The translations under genes and the position numbers were made by a program. The notes beneath the pieces were generated by a model. It had not been told where the DNA came from, made no database searches, and saw nothing but the letters and a program-made list of their open reading frames with translations. Of a DNA stretch of 64,000 nucleotides, positions 49,901-63,049 are shown in pieces. Source of the DNA: Balanoglossus misakiensis (lineage: Eukaryota; Animalia; Hemichordata); NCBI GenBank assembly GCA_040954595.2, contig CM082586.2:4657125-4721124 (forward strand), read 5' to 3'. Each line of letters opens with the position of its first letter. The stretch's first letter is position 1.

Positions 49901-52900
49901 CGGAATGTGTTTTACTGTGTCAAATGCACCGAGTCCTATGGTTCCAAACCTCTGAATCAGGCATGTTGAACCGATGTCCTGTTTGTGTATGGCCAGTATT
50001 TGTATCATAAACAACTCGCTGAATTTTAAGTCCGCACTAGAAATCAATGATCGGCAGCAATCCGGGTCGTGTGTAAACAGACAAGCTTATTACAGGGCTT
50101 ATGTCTGGGTTTGCATGGAATTCAACTCGGGGACCGAATTAATAAGCAAATCGACATCTCATCATCCAGAGGCGTTCTTATTACTGTCGTAAACACACCG
50201 GGTAGTTTTTACGACACTGCAGCCAGTTTCAGCTGCTTTCCCGAGAACGTTAACCTCTAAATCATGGATATGGTGTGTCAGCGCTTTTTGGCAAGTGCTG
50301 TAAATCATCGTCAAAACAAGCAAAACCAAACTACTGACAGTTAAGGTGATAAGTTAGCAGCTAATTGTGCGTGAATAATTACATTAACGTGAAATATTTC
50401 TCGAACTCGCGATTGAATTTGATAAAACACAATGACATTTATTACTTCAGAGTAATTGTATTTTAGATATGTTTATCATTGATGAGCAATAGATCTGATC
50501 ATAGAAATCTAAGACATGAATCCGTGTAATTGTCTGGGAGGAATAACGCTGATGTCCTCCATTCACCCAGCCACCCTCGGGCCCATCATTACATCTCAGT
50601 GTTGAGGGCGCCACATCATCTTCAGGAAGGCAATCGTCTCTCTATTGAATATGACGTAACGACCTCTCTTGTTGACGATGCCGAAAAACACTCTACTCAG
50701 AATCAGCGGACATTGATCCATATATTGACGCCGATATTTCATTTGCACCGCGAAAAATTGCCGTAATCAATAAAAAATTACCGCCCACGTACTTGATGAA
50801 GTGTAAATTAGTGCGTTGACAATGAATAGCCAATCATATCACAGTAACCGATGGCAGTTTAATTTTAGATAATTGATTATCACATGGTGTGCTCTGGTAA
50901 TTGACACATCTGATTTTATTTACTTTAATTAGATCCTGCAGATATTTGCCAAACAAAAATTACCCAGATTCATCCGAAAACAAAGTTGATGGTCACCAGT
51001 GTCTAATGTATGGAAATACATGAATTAGGCTATTTATTCAATTTGCTTTGGAAAGATTAAGTTCTCTGGCTTACGAAGATGGGGATTAACAACCACTGCC
51101 ACAAAATCCTTCAAGTGTCGATAATGATCACTGCCCTAGTTTGGCGAGCGTTTTTTTTTAAATTATTTTTTTTTTCCAATTGCAGAGATGGGGTTGAGTC
51201 ATCTTCAACTTCCTGCTGGTGACCTCTGACCAGATTTTATATCGCTATCGTGATGTACTCTTGTAAATTTTTAAAATGCGCGATGGCCCTGGATTCTGTG
51301 ATCACACGAGTCGGTGAGTCACGCGTTAGTCAGAGTTTTAAGATATCTCTACTCATGTTAAATGCTTTTAATTTGAGTATCTTTGCACAACATAATAATT
51401 TGTAGTGAATGCATGCTTGCTGTCGGTGGTGAACGGCACCTGTCGGTGGCGGCGCCAGTCAACGTTCATTCCAAAGGCGAAAGTCATTACAGCCTCGAGG
51501 TCAGCTCCCATTTTAATTATCAGGTATTTTTCTCTCAGAAAATCCACCAGCCCTTTGCTGCTTTACAAACCTGTTGTTCGAGACAGCAACTTCATTTTGA
51601 ATGCGCTGGCTCAGCGCCTTTCAACGTTCATGCCACTCCAACACAAGTTCACAGAGTCGGCATTCTTTCCTCGCAGACATATTTCAATGAGGCTGAACCA
51701 GATTCACTTCCGGCCACGCGGCGTCGGGGCGTAACGGACATTCGTCTTTTTTGTCGCGATCTAAAAGCTTTACGCTGTACTTTCACAATCAGGACAATGC
51801 GTGAGCCAAGCCCCGATATAGGTCAACCACAGAGATCAAACCCCGAGCACAAAGATGTCTGGCCCAACTCCTGGTACTTTACACCATGCATTCATTTGAT
51901 GCATAGCATACTTAGCACTGATAAGTGTAGGAACACGAAATGATGGGTTTGTTTGACTCATAAAATAGTGTTCACACTAAGCGACCTAACGCGAAATTTT
52001 GCTTTGTAAGATAACGTAGGTGATATGGAATTTATGGGTGTTTAGGTTGTGCGTTGGGATAAGTAAGTTTGGCAGAGTGGTTGGGTGATGAACCGGTGTA
52101 CAGTTTAGTGTGTTTTGTTTGCGGATTACACTTGAGCGTTTGGAGAATACGACACTGTTTTGTCAATAGAGGGCAATTGTAAATTCCTCAATCAGAGGCA
52201 AAGAAGCGACTTTCACTAAAGGTGTAGACAGTATGCGACGCCATGATGACCGGGGGCGTGATTCCAGACAAACGTGCTTTGAGGAAATACAGAGCGATGC
52301 AATAGCAACGGGACTACGTTTTTAAAACTCAATCATTCCGTTGAAACTTTGTAATTTTAGCGCGTAGTCAGGTGTGCATGGACGCGTAGATTGACAGGGA
52401 AATCCTATCGTCACCAAGAAACGACGGCTGCAGGTATTTTGAAAATTCCAAATTTGCTGCAGTCACTTGCTCCACTGTGAGGATGGGTGGGCAATGAAGG
52501 CTGAAAATTCAGATTAATTGTCTTAAATCGTGACACGTCACCCGCGGCGTAGGCAAAGACGCAGTGTTGAACTGATTCGGCTATTCCGTGACGTGTGATT
52601 TACTGCGTCCGCGTTCCACAACCAGCGTACATGTATATCGTGACGTGACGACCTGCATGTGGATGACCGCAGCGCCAACCGTGTCTAATAAGTACGTATT
52701 ACAGTTAAAACACCAGTCGCATAAATCACCAAGGCCATCATTACTTTCACGATTTTGAAAACAGCCGACACAAGCATACCCGCACCGTACCCGTCCACCG
52801 TTCACAGTTTACAGGGCACGCTCACCTCTTTTCACACCCCGTCCTTTCATACCGACTGTACGCGTAGTGGAGTGTGACGGAAACAGTCGGTCACAGTAGC

Positions 52901-52974
52901 GACCCGAGGAACTATCAAGCGATAAATACCGCTTTCGTGCTGTAATTGTTTGTTTTTCTTAATAATATGCTTAC

Positions 52975-53217
52975 ACGACTTCGTATTAGCAGCTTATGTA
53001 GGTCAGATAGGCGTTGACACTTCGTGAGCAGAACGTCGACGTCAACCCGGATCGACTCCTGAGAGATGTCGGTAGCTTCCAACTGATATTTTTCGAACTT
53101 GTCATATACAAACCTATCGGTTACCAGGGATTGCACACTTCGTAAATATTTGCCAAATGATGACACTTTTCTAAAGATTTCGTCATACTTGATGATGCGT
53201 TCACACACGGACGTCAT
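52975..53217 (-). CDS. Putative ATG-initiated exon (81 codons), possibly upstream of the 43426-44301 exon
   Basis: ACCATG start, helical-looking peptide MTSVCERIIKYDEIFRKVSSFGKYLRSVQSLV...LHKLLIRSR, and donor CGT|gtaagc in phase 0, compatible with the acceptor at 44301. Confidence 0.4.
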
Positions 53218-53396
53218 GGTAACCGTGGTTCGTAATCAGATATGGTCCGCGAACACGGTATAAAAATGTCAACTCGTGAGTTACATACTCTTGGTATAAA
53301 CCTTACATTGTCATCATGCATATTGGGCCAAGGAGTGTTCGCGTAAAAGCATTCTATTTCTATTGAAAAGTAACACTACAGAATTACCATACCTAC

Positions 53397-53593
53397 CTCG
53401 TAATCGACCCGGTTGTCGGTCGAGTGGCCACGGTGGAAGTTTTCATCAATGTCTAGTGCCATGATCTTGCGCTCTAAATCGACCGACCCTAACGTCTTTG
53501 ACACCATCTGTCCCCGGAAAAAATCTCTAGACGGAATTCCGGTAACCTCTCGTGAAGTTACGTTCTCTTTCTCTGTTGGTTGTTCAGTCCCGG
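53397..53593 (-). CDS. Putative internal exon of an unidentified minus-strand gene
   Basis: Acceptor ctcttcttag| (phase 1), open frame GTEQPTEKENVTSREVTGIPSRDFFRGQMVSKTLGSVDLERKIMALDIDENFHRGHSTDNRVDYE, and donor GAG|gtaggt (phase 0). Confidence 0.3.
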
Positions 53594-54541
53594 CTAAGAA
53601 GAGCTATTTGCATTTTACATTTTACACCAAGGTGCATCCGTTTCGAGAAACAAAAGCCCCGTATGTGCAGTCTCGAGAAGTGGGATCACGCCATGCGGGT
53701 GCTGCTGGTACGTGGTCCTTGTGGCTCTGAAGCAGGCCCGGCTTTGAGGTGAGCCGCTCGAATTATCGGTTATTTCCTGTGCGTGCGACTTCCACGTGTG
53801 TGTCAACACAGAGGTTTTCACACAACTGTCGACGGACAGCGGAACTTACGCAACACACACCCGCTGAACAAAGTCCTGACAAGCCCGTTCGGCCTTTCCC
53901 CAAATACGCACCCCTGTTTGCGCGAACTTTGAACTGTGCGTCATTGACGTCACGGTACACAGTGACTTTAGGCGTTTAGACATGAACGATTCGTTTGACA
54001 CCGTCCGACGACTAGCCACTGAACAAAGCTAAGCGCAATACCCAAAACCCAATATCCGAAATTCACCGCACACAGCTCTACACACTCGCACGCACGCACG
54101 CACACACGCATATCATCATCACAAGTATGTGTATATGTATACACCATATTCACTGAATCATGTACATGTACTATGTGTGCGCGATTCCTCGATCAACAGG
54201 TGGTTGTCTAACTACTTCCCCCATGCTGTAGTAGTTGGCATCGCAAAGCTGCTCTGGCTCCGTCCTATTTTGGTCACATTTTAGCCAATTTCTTGGCAGA
54301 TCTCATAACTAGAAAAGACCAACGGACTACGAGTTTCTGAGCATGTAAACCGCCACGACTTTCGCCTTCTATACAGTCTTGCGTCCACTGAGGGCGCTAT
54401 TAATAAGAACATTGCCAGGCTCGACGGTACACAGCAAAATGGTCAGAGTATTCGAATTAGATATAAAGCCATAGTACGGTGAACTTCTGTTGCTTCTATA
54501 GTAACGCACGGATATAAGACCAAATTTACATAATGTAAAGC

Positions 54542-54556
54542 GTCTGTCTGACTGAC

Positions 54557-54595
<39 letters not shown>
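54542..54595. repeat. (TCTG)n microsatellite
   Basis: gtctgtctgactgactgtctgtctgtctg... read directly. Confidence 0.93.
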
Positions 54596-54596
<1 letters not shown>

Positions 54597-57500
54597 CGAG
54601 CGCCTGTCTAGGCTATCTGTACCTCTGTTACTCGGACTCGGTCAAGTGTGAGTTCTCCGCTGTGTTCACACACCCATATCTCTGACCCTTGATCTTTCTG
54701 TCATTTTTTTGAGAAGTTCAGAGTTGGAGACATAATCGGGGGCTTCCTTCCCGATGTACATGTATGTACCATGCTAATATCAGCCATATCCACCAGCTCA
54801 TCGAGTTTCAAAGACCCCGTTATCCTCCCACCTACACAATGTGACTCGGTCATCTTGACTGATTTGAAAATGATTCTAGTTACTTTTAATAACACGGTGA
54901 CCTTATCCCCGGTCTACTTTTTGAAATGCCACGGAGGTTACCCCGCTGTAAGTAACGTTTGATATGTTTTCATGTCCGGCCTCCGCGTGATGGCATAAAT
55001 GTTCTATTTTATGAAATTATGTCGTCCTGCGAAAGAAATCTGTAGTGTACACCACTTAAAGTGGAATTACATAGTACTTGCCATGAGCGCGTACTTCTGC
55101 GCCCTCAGCGTCAATGAAATGTCTGAGGATCACAGAGAAGTAACGCGCAGGCGCAGCCGGCTCATCAATCCGACCGGGCAGATCTGATCGCCGATGACCC
55201 CGGCGATCAAGGGTCGGTCAGGCAGCGCCGCTAATGAAAGTTAAAACCCGTAACTAAGTTCAATAAACGTCTGAAATAGGGTGATGGGGGAGATATGATT
55301 AGCCTATTCCCCGCGGACCTTAATTGCATAATCGAAGCTCCACCGACTAATGCACTTTTAAAATAATCTCAACGCCGAGAGCTTGTCAGAACCGGCTGTC
55401 ACTGCGGAAATCAGCCTTTCCCAAGGAAAAGGTCGCCGAGTTGAAAACGACACGGAAGACTGTCAGTTTGTAGATCCCAGGTATAGACTCGCACACTGAG
55501 AATATGCCTATTTGTACAGATTTTTAGCTTTGCGAATTCGGGTCACGTGACTTTGTATCGAAACCCCCGGGGGTCATTTAGACATTAAGTGATAATGTGT
55601 CGACGTCTCTATCATTGAGGTACTGTGGATAGAAGCGTCGTTTCCACCCACCATTTCTCAATTGTCAGTGAGATCTCCAACAAAAGTTTAATCGATGGGC
55701 GATAAAATCTCTCTCGCGAAAGAGAAAAGTTGACCCGCTGCGTCGTAGCAGCGCACGGCAGTCACAGTGAAATGACAAGTCGCGCTAATGGCTAGTTCAC
55801 GCTGTAATTGGTACTTTGGATAACGTGCGGTAGCACAGGGTCGGGCCGGGGAAGCCAGTGATGTGCTTTCGAAGTAGTTCACAAAATGTCTACTCCCACC
55901 AGAATTGTTAATTCAAATCGAGTCAGTGAATCGTGCACCCAGACGTCTAAGTAATCTTATTCGTTATACGAAATTAAGAAGTATATATTAGGTTTGTGAC
56001 CATGCAATCCGATTATGTAAGTGTCTTATAGCATCTTCTTGAAAGCAAATCCTTCAGTCACTGTCTGTCTTCACGCGTTCTGAAAAAAAACTGTTTGTAT
56101 TTCATTTCGGGAATAATTGACTATTTAATTTTGAAAGCAGATTTTGTATCACAAAGATAATGACTAACGCATGCAAGATACAGAAATAATGTGTGGATGT
56201 AGGACAGGGCTATAGTGTGTAGTTGTATAAGCGTGCTTTGGGGACATATAGGCAGATGGGTGGACGGACAGATTGACACAGACTGAAAGAATAGGGAGGA
56301 TGATAGGCAGCCTGGATGAACAAAAGCAGACTGATGCAGACAGGGAAAATGAAGGAGGCTCTATAAGGCTATCAGTTGGTTCCCATGAAGTAATTTGTGA
56401 ATTTTAATCCGCCAAAATGCAAAACAACGCAACACATTTACAACTATCCTGTGGCGATTAATTCTAAATCTCTGCGAAAACCCATGCGTGTAAGCACCAA
56501 TCAAATGCAAAGCGTATTAGGGTCTGCGATACTACGTCTAATCAGGAATTTTAATATGCATGGTATACGTGCGCACAAGCATGACTATCTCATTTTCCAA
56601 TAACATGGTAATAGTTTTAGTTAGCAGGGTTTTTAATCAGATTGCGAAGAGATACCATCTACCGCCGGGGGATTCCCGCTAAGAACACCGACTCGCTCGT
56701 CGCAGCGTTGGGTTTTCAGCTGGCTGAAGCTTATCTGAGGGCAATGACTTCGAGTGTGTGATTTTCAACGACGACGGCGGTTTCTGTCGTTCGTGACTAT
56801 TTGGCTATTTAAGGACGAACACTAAGAAACCACAGACAGCAGACGTCTTTTTGCCACTGATGCTTACGGGGGAAGAGGGCGCATGACAGTCTGCGCCATG
56901 ACAAACGAATGTGGACGTTAGTGGCGCTGTTGTTTCGGGAGATGGGCAACTTCGGAAAAAAAACCCGATCTTGCGCGGGAAGGGGCTGCATACTAAATGA
57001 CCAAACCCTTAAAAATAGAACCATCGAAACGAAACCACTTCAAAACAGCGTGAGACATTAACACCGGTCGAGAAATATCGGCTTATTATAAATTCAGTGC
57101 CAACCTGCGCGTTTTATGTATCCACTAGGGATGGCGAATGCTGCACCCTGGGAGTAGTGCTTCCACAAGATTTATGATTTTACTGATATGCTGCTCAACG
57201 GCACACCTGCCGGTAAAAGCTGGCTGAAAGCGAGCCGATGGTCCTGTGGCTTTTAATAGATACCGTTGATAAATTATCTTTGAAATTGAAACGTCAACAG
57301 AGAGATGGTTGTGATGTATGTCCCGGTGTGATGATGGCCACGCCAATTTGTTTTAATTGTTTGGTAGTCTGCAAATCTTCGATGGTTAACTCTCGACGTG
57401 TAGATGCTGTCGGCAAGGAGACGGCAGGGTAACCTGTTCAGCTTCAAAACTATTACCCTTGATTGAAACTGCACGAAAAATGCGCGCCATATGGTAACAC

Positions 57501-60500
57501 CCCCATAGTTACTTTTGATATAGGTAGAGCCACAGCAGACAATCGGCAACCAGCACGCGTTGATGAAGTGGTCTCTATTAGTTTTCTCAGAATTTGACAC
57601 CTGACCTCTGACGTCACAATTCCGTGTTGCACGAATGAAACGACACCCGGCGAACGCCGAAATACATGTTTGTTGTAAATCTTTTCCATAGTTAGACCCC
57701 CGATCCTTTTTAAGAATTATCGCTTCAAACATTGCCTCCGTCAAGTTTTCAGCTGGAGATCAAGTATAAAATCAAAATTTATGACGGAGACACCGAAACG
57801 ACCGACAGGGGAAGGGCAGATTAATAACCACATTAATAAAACAAGAGTGAGATAAGTAACGAATGAATATTTTAATAATTGATGCTATTCCGTCCCACCG
57901 GGGTTCACCTGTGCTGTATCATGATCTTTGCCTGATGCATTATTCCCTGTGCATCTGTTCACTCGTCCATCTGGTTGTCAAGTGTTGTCTAATACATTGT
58001 CATTTGCCACTGCACATATCTATCCATCTATCTCTCTATTTATCTGGTCTGTCTGTCGGTCGGTCGGTCCGTCCGTCCGTCCATCCATCCTCCATCTTTT
58101 TATTTCTATCTATATGTCTGTAACTCCACCGCTATTGTCCGGCTTGTCTATACACATCTATCGATTCAAATCTGCATCATGTTCGTATTTGTCTTATGTT
58201 TATTATATGCGTCACTTATCTGATTGTAGCCAGCACTGCAAGCTTGCTAGAGAGGCAACACTGACGGATTACGAAAATGAAAAGTCTTGTTCGTTTTCTT
58301 TGAATGTGAAGGAATATATAGGACCATGCAACCTGAGATTGTCCCTATCTCAAAATGAAATCTGAAACGGTCCCCAAAATTTTGTCACGTGTAGTGTTTG
58401 AAACATTGCCATGCAGCGAAGGCAAGCAACGACAACATATCTCACTCGCTTGAGAGTTTGAAAATCCAGGCTTAATTCTTAAGTGAATATGTCCGGGAGA
58501 AAGTACTGGATTCAGTATCCTTGACGACTACATTCTAGTCGGTGCCTTTTCGCGCATGCAGTAACCGTATCAATTCGCCGCGCTGGGATTCACACACCGG
58601 CTGCACAGCGTGCAACCTTCCGCGCACCTTGGCTAGCCAAGCGATCTGTAGTCAACGGGGAATATTCTCTTCTGAACACTGAAACGGTCGACCAAGTGGC
58701 GATGGGTAGCACGACGCCTTTTGCGCAGACTCAACTGCACCATTTCCCCGAAACTCCCTCCACTTTTTTCGACCTTGCGCATGCCCTTAACAAACTTAGT
58801 CCTGTCGGGGGGGGGGGGGTAATCTGCAATCTCATACATTTGATCCAATCAGATAAACTGCACAAATCAAAGTCTCTTTGAAGTTTTTAATAATGTAGAT
58901 GGAACCTCAAAAATAGGGTTCGCCTATTATTGGGGAAGGGGAGAGAGGGGAGACACCGATAGCTACCTGGGATTAGCGAGGTAAGGCGTGTAATCGAACA
59001 CTCCATGCATTGGGCAGGTTGGAATGAATGCAGCGTTATCTCGGATTTGTAAAGTACGACTGGAGGAAAATTATCGATGGCCAATTTCTCTGAAAACAAG
59101 ATCACCGACGTACATTATCAATAATGGATTATCGGAGACAGGGCCGCGCGTCTCTGAAGACGCGCAGCGGTAACTCGACAGACTGTGTTTACACAGGTGT
59201 CGGCGCGGTCATATAACATCGTACGTGTCATCCTTATGATATGTAACCACATATTAATTTTATTACTATAAAATTTAACTTGAACGTGAAAATTACAGAA
59301 GATACCAAATGCCTGTGGTAATATTCCTCCTACAAGCAATGTCTACGGCCGTACTTATTGACAAAAAAACTGGTCGCCATCTTTAACTTTTCTTGCCACT
59401 GTAGCGTACATCCCCGAATCAAAAATTCAAGTCATCGTCGCGAAAACTATTCACATCGATCGGCGCTATCTGCGGATCTTAAAGTTATTGCCTAAGTCGT
59501 CTGGGGAATTGCACGCTTTGATTTTTCATGTTGGCCGTCTAGCTCGCCATTAATTTATAATCCATTTTGAATCGAGGAATGTGCGAAACATGAACAAAAT
59601 GGATTGCAAAGATACATTTGCCGTCACAAGATATTCTGGGCTCAGCCTGGGGTGAATGCACTCTCATTACTATCAATTAGTACTCTGCAAATAAATTCTT
59701 AAATTCATGTTGGTTGCACACCAACCGTCATCAATCCGAAAACCACCTTCCTTCTCTCATAAAATAAGAAGGACGGAAAAAGTTGTCAGCTGTTCAGTTA
59801 CTTTGGCTAAATTTCAACCCAAGTATATTCCCAACACTTGTCTCGCCTGATCAGACGAATAAGCAATGATAATGGTCAAAAGTAACCAAAACAGGAGATG
59901 TTCTGTCGCGACAAATAGTCAATGTTTAGAAATGTTTAGTGTCCTTATTTTAGGGTCATTGACTAAGAGACTGTCGGCTCCTTTTGAAGCCTGGAAACTC
60001 ATCAATATCAGTGACATCAAGAAATATCATCAAGGAGATCAATCGACAATGTATTTGGTCTTGTTTGCGGAGCAATTAATACTGATTACGCAGAAAATTT
60101 GTCCAGACTTATAAACAGCAATGTTCTGGCGACTTGGGAGATAGCTAATCATGTCTTTTGACTCGCCATTCTGCGGTGTCAGGCTTTGTTGAAAATTATG
60201 ACAGAAGAGTGCGCTCCGCTCATCTCGAGCAGACGGCATGACGTCAGCATGGGACTCTTCTTGAGGGATGTTCTTGGCTAATTTATAAGTTATTGGAAAC
60301 TAAAAAAAACAAAAGCACATTTTAGTGTTTTTAGTTCTAAATCATGGCAATGTCCGTGACACGTATATCTATCTCTCAAGACGTTACTGGATAACGTTGT
60401 CAGACAAACAAGCTGTGTCTGTTGTTTTTGCTGCGAACTATTTACAGTTCAGGTCTATGTGAAGAGATGTACAGCGTACTACAAATAAAATCTTCCAGGA

Positions 60501-62380
60501 TTTTTCCCCATGCGATGAGTCGTTGTTTTGTCGAGTAGCGCATTCTCTGGGGATGACGCAATGAATCAAAGAGTACGCGAGACCTGACCAACTCATATCA
60601 CTTTTATGACGGTTATTATTATTATTGCAGACTGAGGTACCGTTCTCTTGAACCCATGTGATTTAAGGGCATCGTAAATCTAATACGCGCGCACAACTGC
60701 CGCACCGTCGTCATGAGCTGTGTGTTCTTCTGGTCGAAGATGTCTGGAACAAGTGACATCGAACCAGTGGTGTAGGTTCTTGTCTGTTACCTGCTCCTTT
60801 TATTTCAGGAAGATGGCATAACATAGTTGCCGTCAATTGGTAGTTCGTAGACAGGCGAGGATTACGCTCATTTTGTTGGACCGTGGAAATTGCAGGAAAT
60901 TGCTTATTTCTACTCCCAAATTATGGCAAATAGTTGTATGCCGGCTCACGAAAGCGCTTCACAGCCCACGAACGGAATCGCAAAACAGCGGAAAATTGCT
61001 CCAAATTGGCGAGAAATTAGAATCATTAATCAAAGCCACGGCTTGTATAAAGGTTGCGGGTGCGCTTATTTAGGGTAACTTTAGTAAATGACGTTTTTCT
61101 CTCCCCTAATTGCCGCCGGATAACCTACAGATAACAACCGGCTTTATCCAAACTATTACAGTGATGCATGCCTTCTGTAAACCTGAGTGGCTGTATACCC
61201 ACGAAATGGCGGGAAAATTCGACGGCCGTTTGTATACTGCGACGGCGCAGACTTTCCAAATGTCACATTGTCGCCATTCGGCTCTGCAACACCTTTGAGT
61301 ATCGTCTGACAAGTTTCTCATTTTGGCGTCGTCTGGTTTCCTCTGAACTGTTTCTGGAGCTGTTTATATAAATCATTGAGAACTAATTGATTTTTAAAGA
61401 TTTTCATAGAATTTTTTCATTTCAGTAATTATTAATATATCTTAATTGTAGACGAGACAGAAATACCATCTGATCTTCTCGAAGAATTAATTTGGAACCT
61501 GATCGCGTTTGCTCTCCCCAGCTTAAAATCCGTATTTGGAATCCCTTCTCAAACTCACGCCAATTTTATAGGGACCTAATGATTGTGTCCCACGTGTCCT
61601 ACCGAAGACAGGATGGTGAAAGTCAAGTTTATGTCGGTAGCGGGCGCTGTGGCCATAGCACACACGTAGGCTTTGCTGCGAAGGGAATCGTCGAATGATC
61701 GTTGTCCCCGTGCTGGCTACTTTGTCTTTGTTTTGCGTTCTGCACATCCGCAGATCCGACCCCCGCGAAGCAAACAACGGGTGCATCGACCCGCCTTACT
61801 TCAAAAGAAGGGTCTATTAAAACCAGACACCCGATTTAATTAAAGGGTCTATTTTTTTTCTTTCGAGTCAATCTGCATTGGCACGAAAGCCTTTGGTCAG
61901 TTCATCAGAAATAAATAGAAAGAAGTGTGTCTCAATTTTAAATGGCGTTTAAAATGGCGCCGATTGAACGACGGCGAACTTCACTTCACTTTTTACTTGT
62001 GTCGGCTTTTCCGCCCACGATTGGATTTTGATTTATTATATTCATATCATGTTAATTAAATTTGATGCCAGCGACTTCAATTTTTAATCAAAGTCATTCC
62101 AATCGATAATAATCTATTCATTCCTTCCATAAACAATTTCCATGGTATTTGAAGCTGGGTCGAGAGCGGCAATTGGAATCTGTAAAAGTCCCGAATCGTG
62201 TGTGGAGATTTCATTTGTCAATTATTGATCTCTGAAATAAGTACTGAGTGACGTGTGTGTATATTCTTTCTGATTACGCAGTACATGTACATGACTGTTA
62301 TAGAAAAAAATTAAGTACCCCTCCCCCTTTTTCGAATGTCGGTGAAGTTTTATGGTCTAACAGCAGAGTCATTGACGTTA

Positions 62381-62540
62381 CAGCACAGAAATCCACATAA
62401 CAACACAAAAATCGACATAAAAGCACATTAATTGATATAACAGTAAAGAAATTGACATACTAGTAATAACATCACAGAAATCAGCGTGACAACACAAAAA
62501 TCGGCATAAAAGCACAGAACTCGACGTGTCGGCACAAACC
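62381..62540. repeat. Degenerate 20-bp minisatellite (about 7-8 units)
   Basis: Units in register: cagcacagaaatccacataa / caacacaaaaatcgacataa / aagcacattaattgatataa / cagtaaagaaattgacatac, then a short insert and three to four further units. Confidence 0.75.
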
Positions 62541-63035
62541 GCATATGAACTTCTGGCTATCATTATTTGGATGATTCAATTAGACTTCAGGTCCTGTTGC
62601 CGGTAATTGATTCGGCTGTCAGCAATAACAGTAGCAAGATGCGAGTATTTCTAACTGACGGAAGACGAAAACTCTCCATACAGCACTTTGCTGCAATCTT
62701 GAGCGTTTTGTCGGGAATGGCAGTCAAACTTATCGGTCTTTACAAAACGCACCGCCGATTCGACAAAGTTCTCTCTTTTTTCCGTTTCCCGTCTTTCCCT
62801 TTTTAGATGATTATCCCATCCAGAACACCCGTATTAAACAGCCTTCGATGACTACGTCGTTGCGGCATACACGTTTGAAATAACTGCTTTTGTTTCCTAA
62901 TTGATGCGGCCAGCGTCTTTGGAGAAGCTAAAATTGCGATCAGTTTTTTCTTCTCTCGGTCACATTAAAAACTTAACGCTGCGTTCTGATTGAAGAAACA
63001 ATTACCGCGCGACCGTGGATTGTGTTCGCGCAGCG

Positions 63036-63049
63036 GTTGCCAGGGTAAC
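63036..63049. promoter_or_regulatory. RFX X-box motif in a locally GC-rich patch
   Basis: GTTGCCAGGGTAAC fits the X-box consensus. No linked gene is visible in the window. Confidence 0.35.

Noticed and set aside
58633-58848. 71-aa basic ORF (DYPPPPDRTK...)
   Set aside because: It depends on a 13-G homopolymer, has no family match, and I found no convincing partner exon.
61695-61820. 41-aa ORF with a hydrophobic start and RR/KRR sites (neuropeptide-precursor-like)
   Set aside because: Very short, with no clear signal-peptide cleavage site or amidation glycine. Consistent with chance.
62381-62540. Regularly spaced repeats as a CRISPR-like array
   Set aside because: The units are contiguous with no unique spacers and the context is eukaryotic. 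An ordinary minisatellite.
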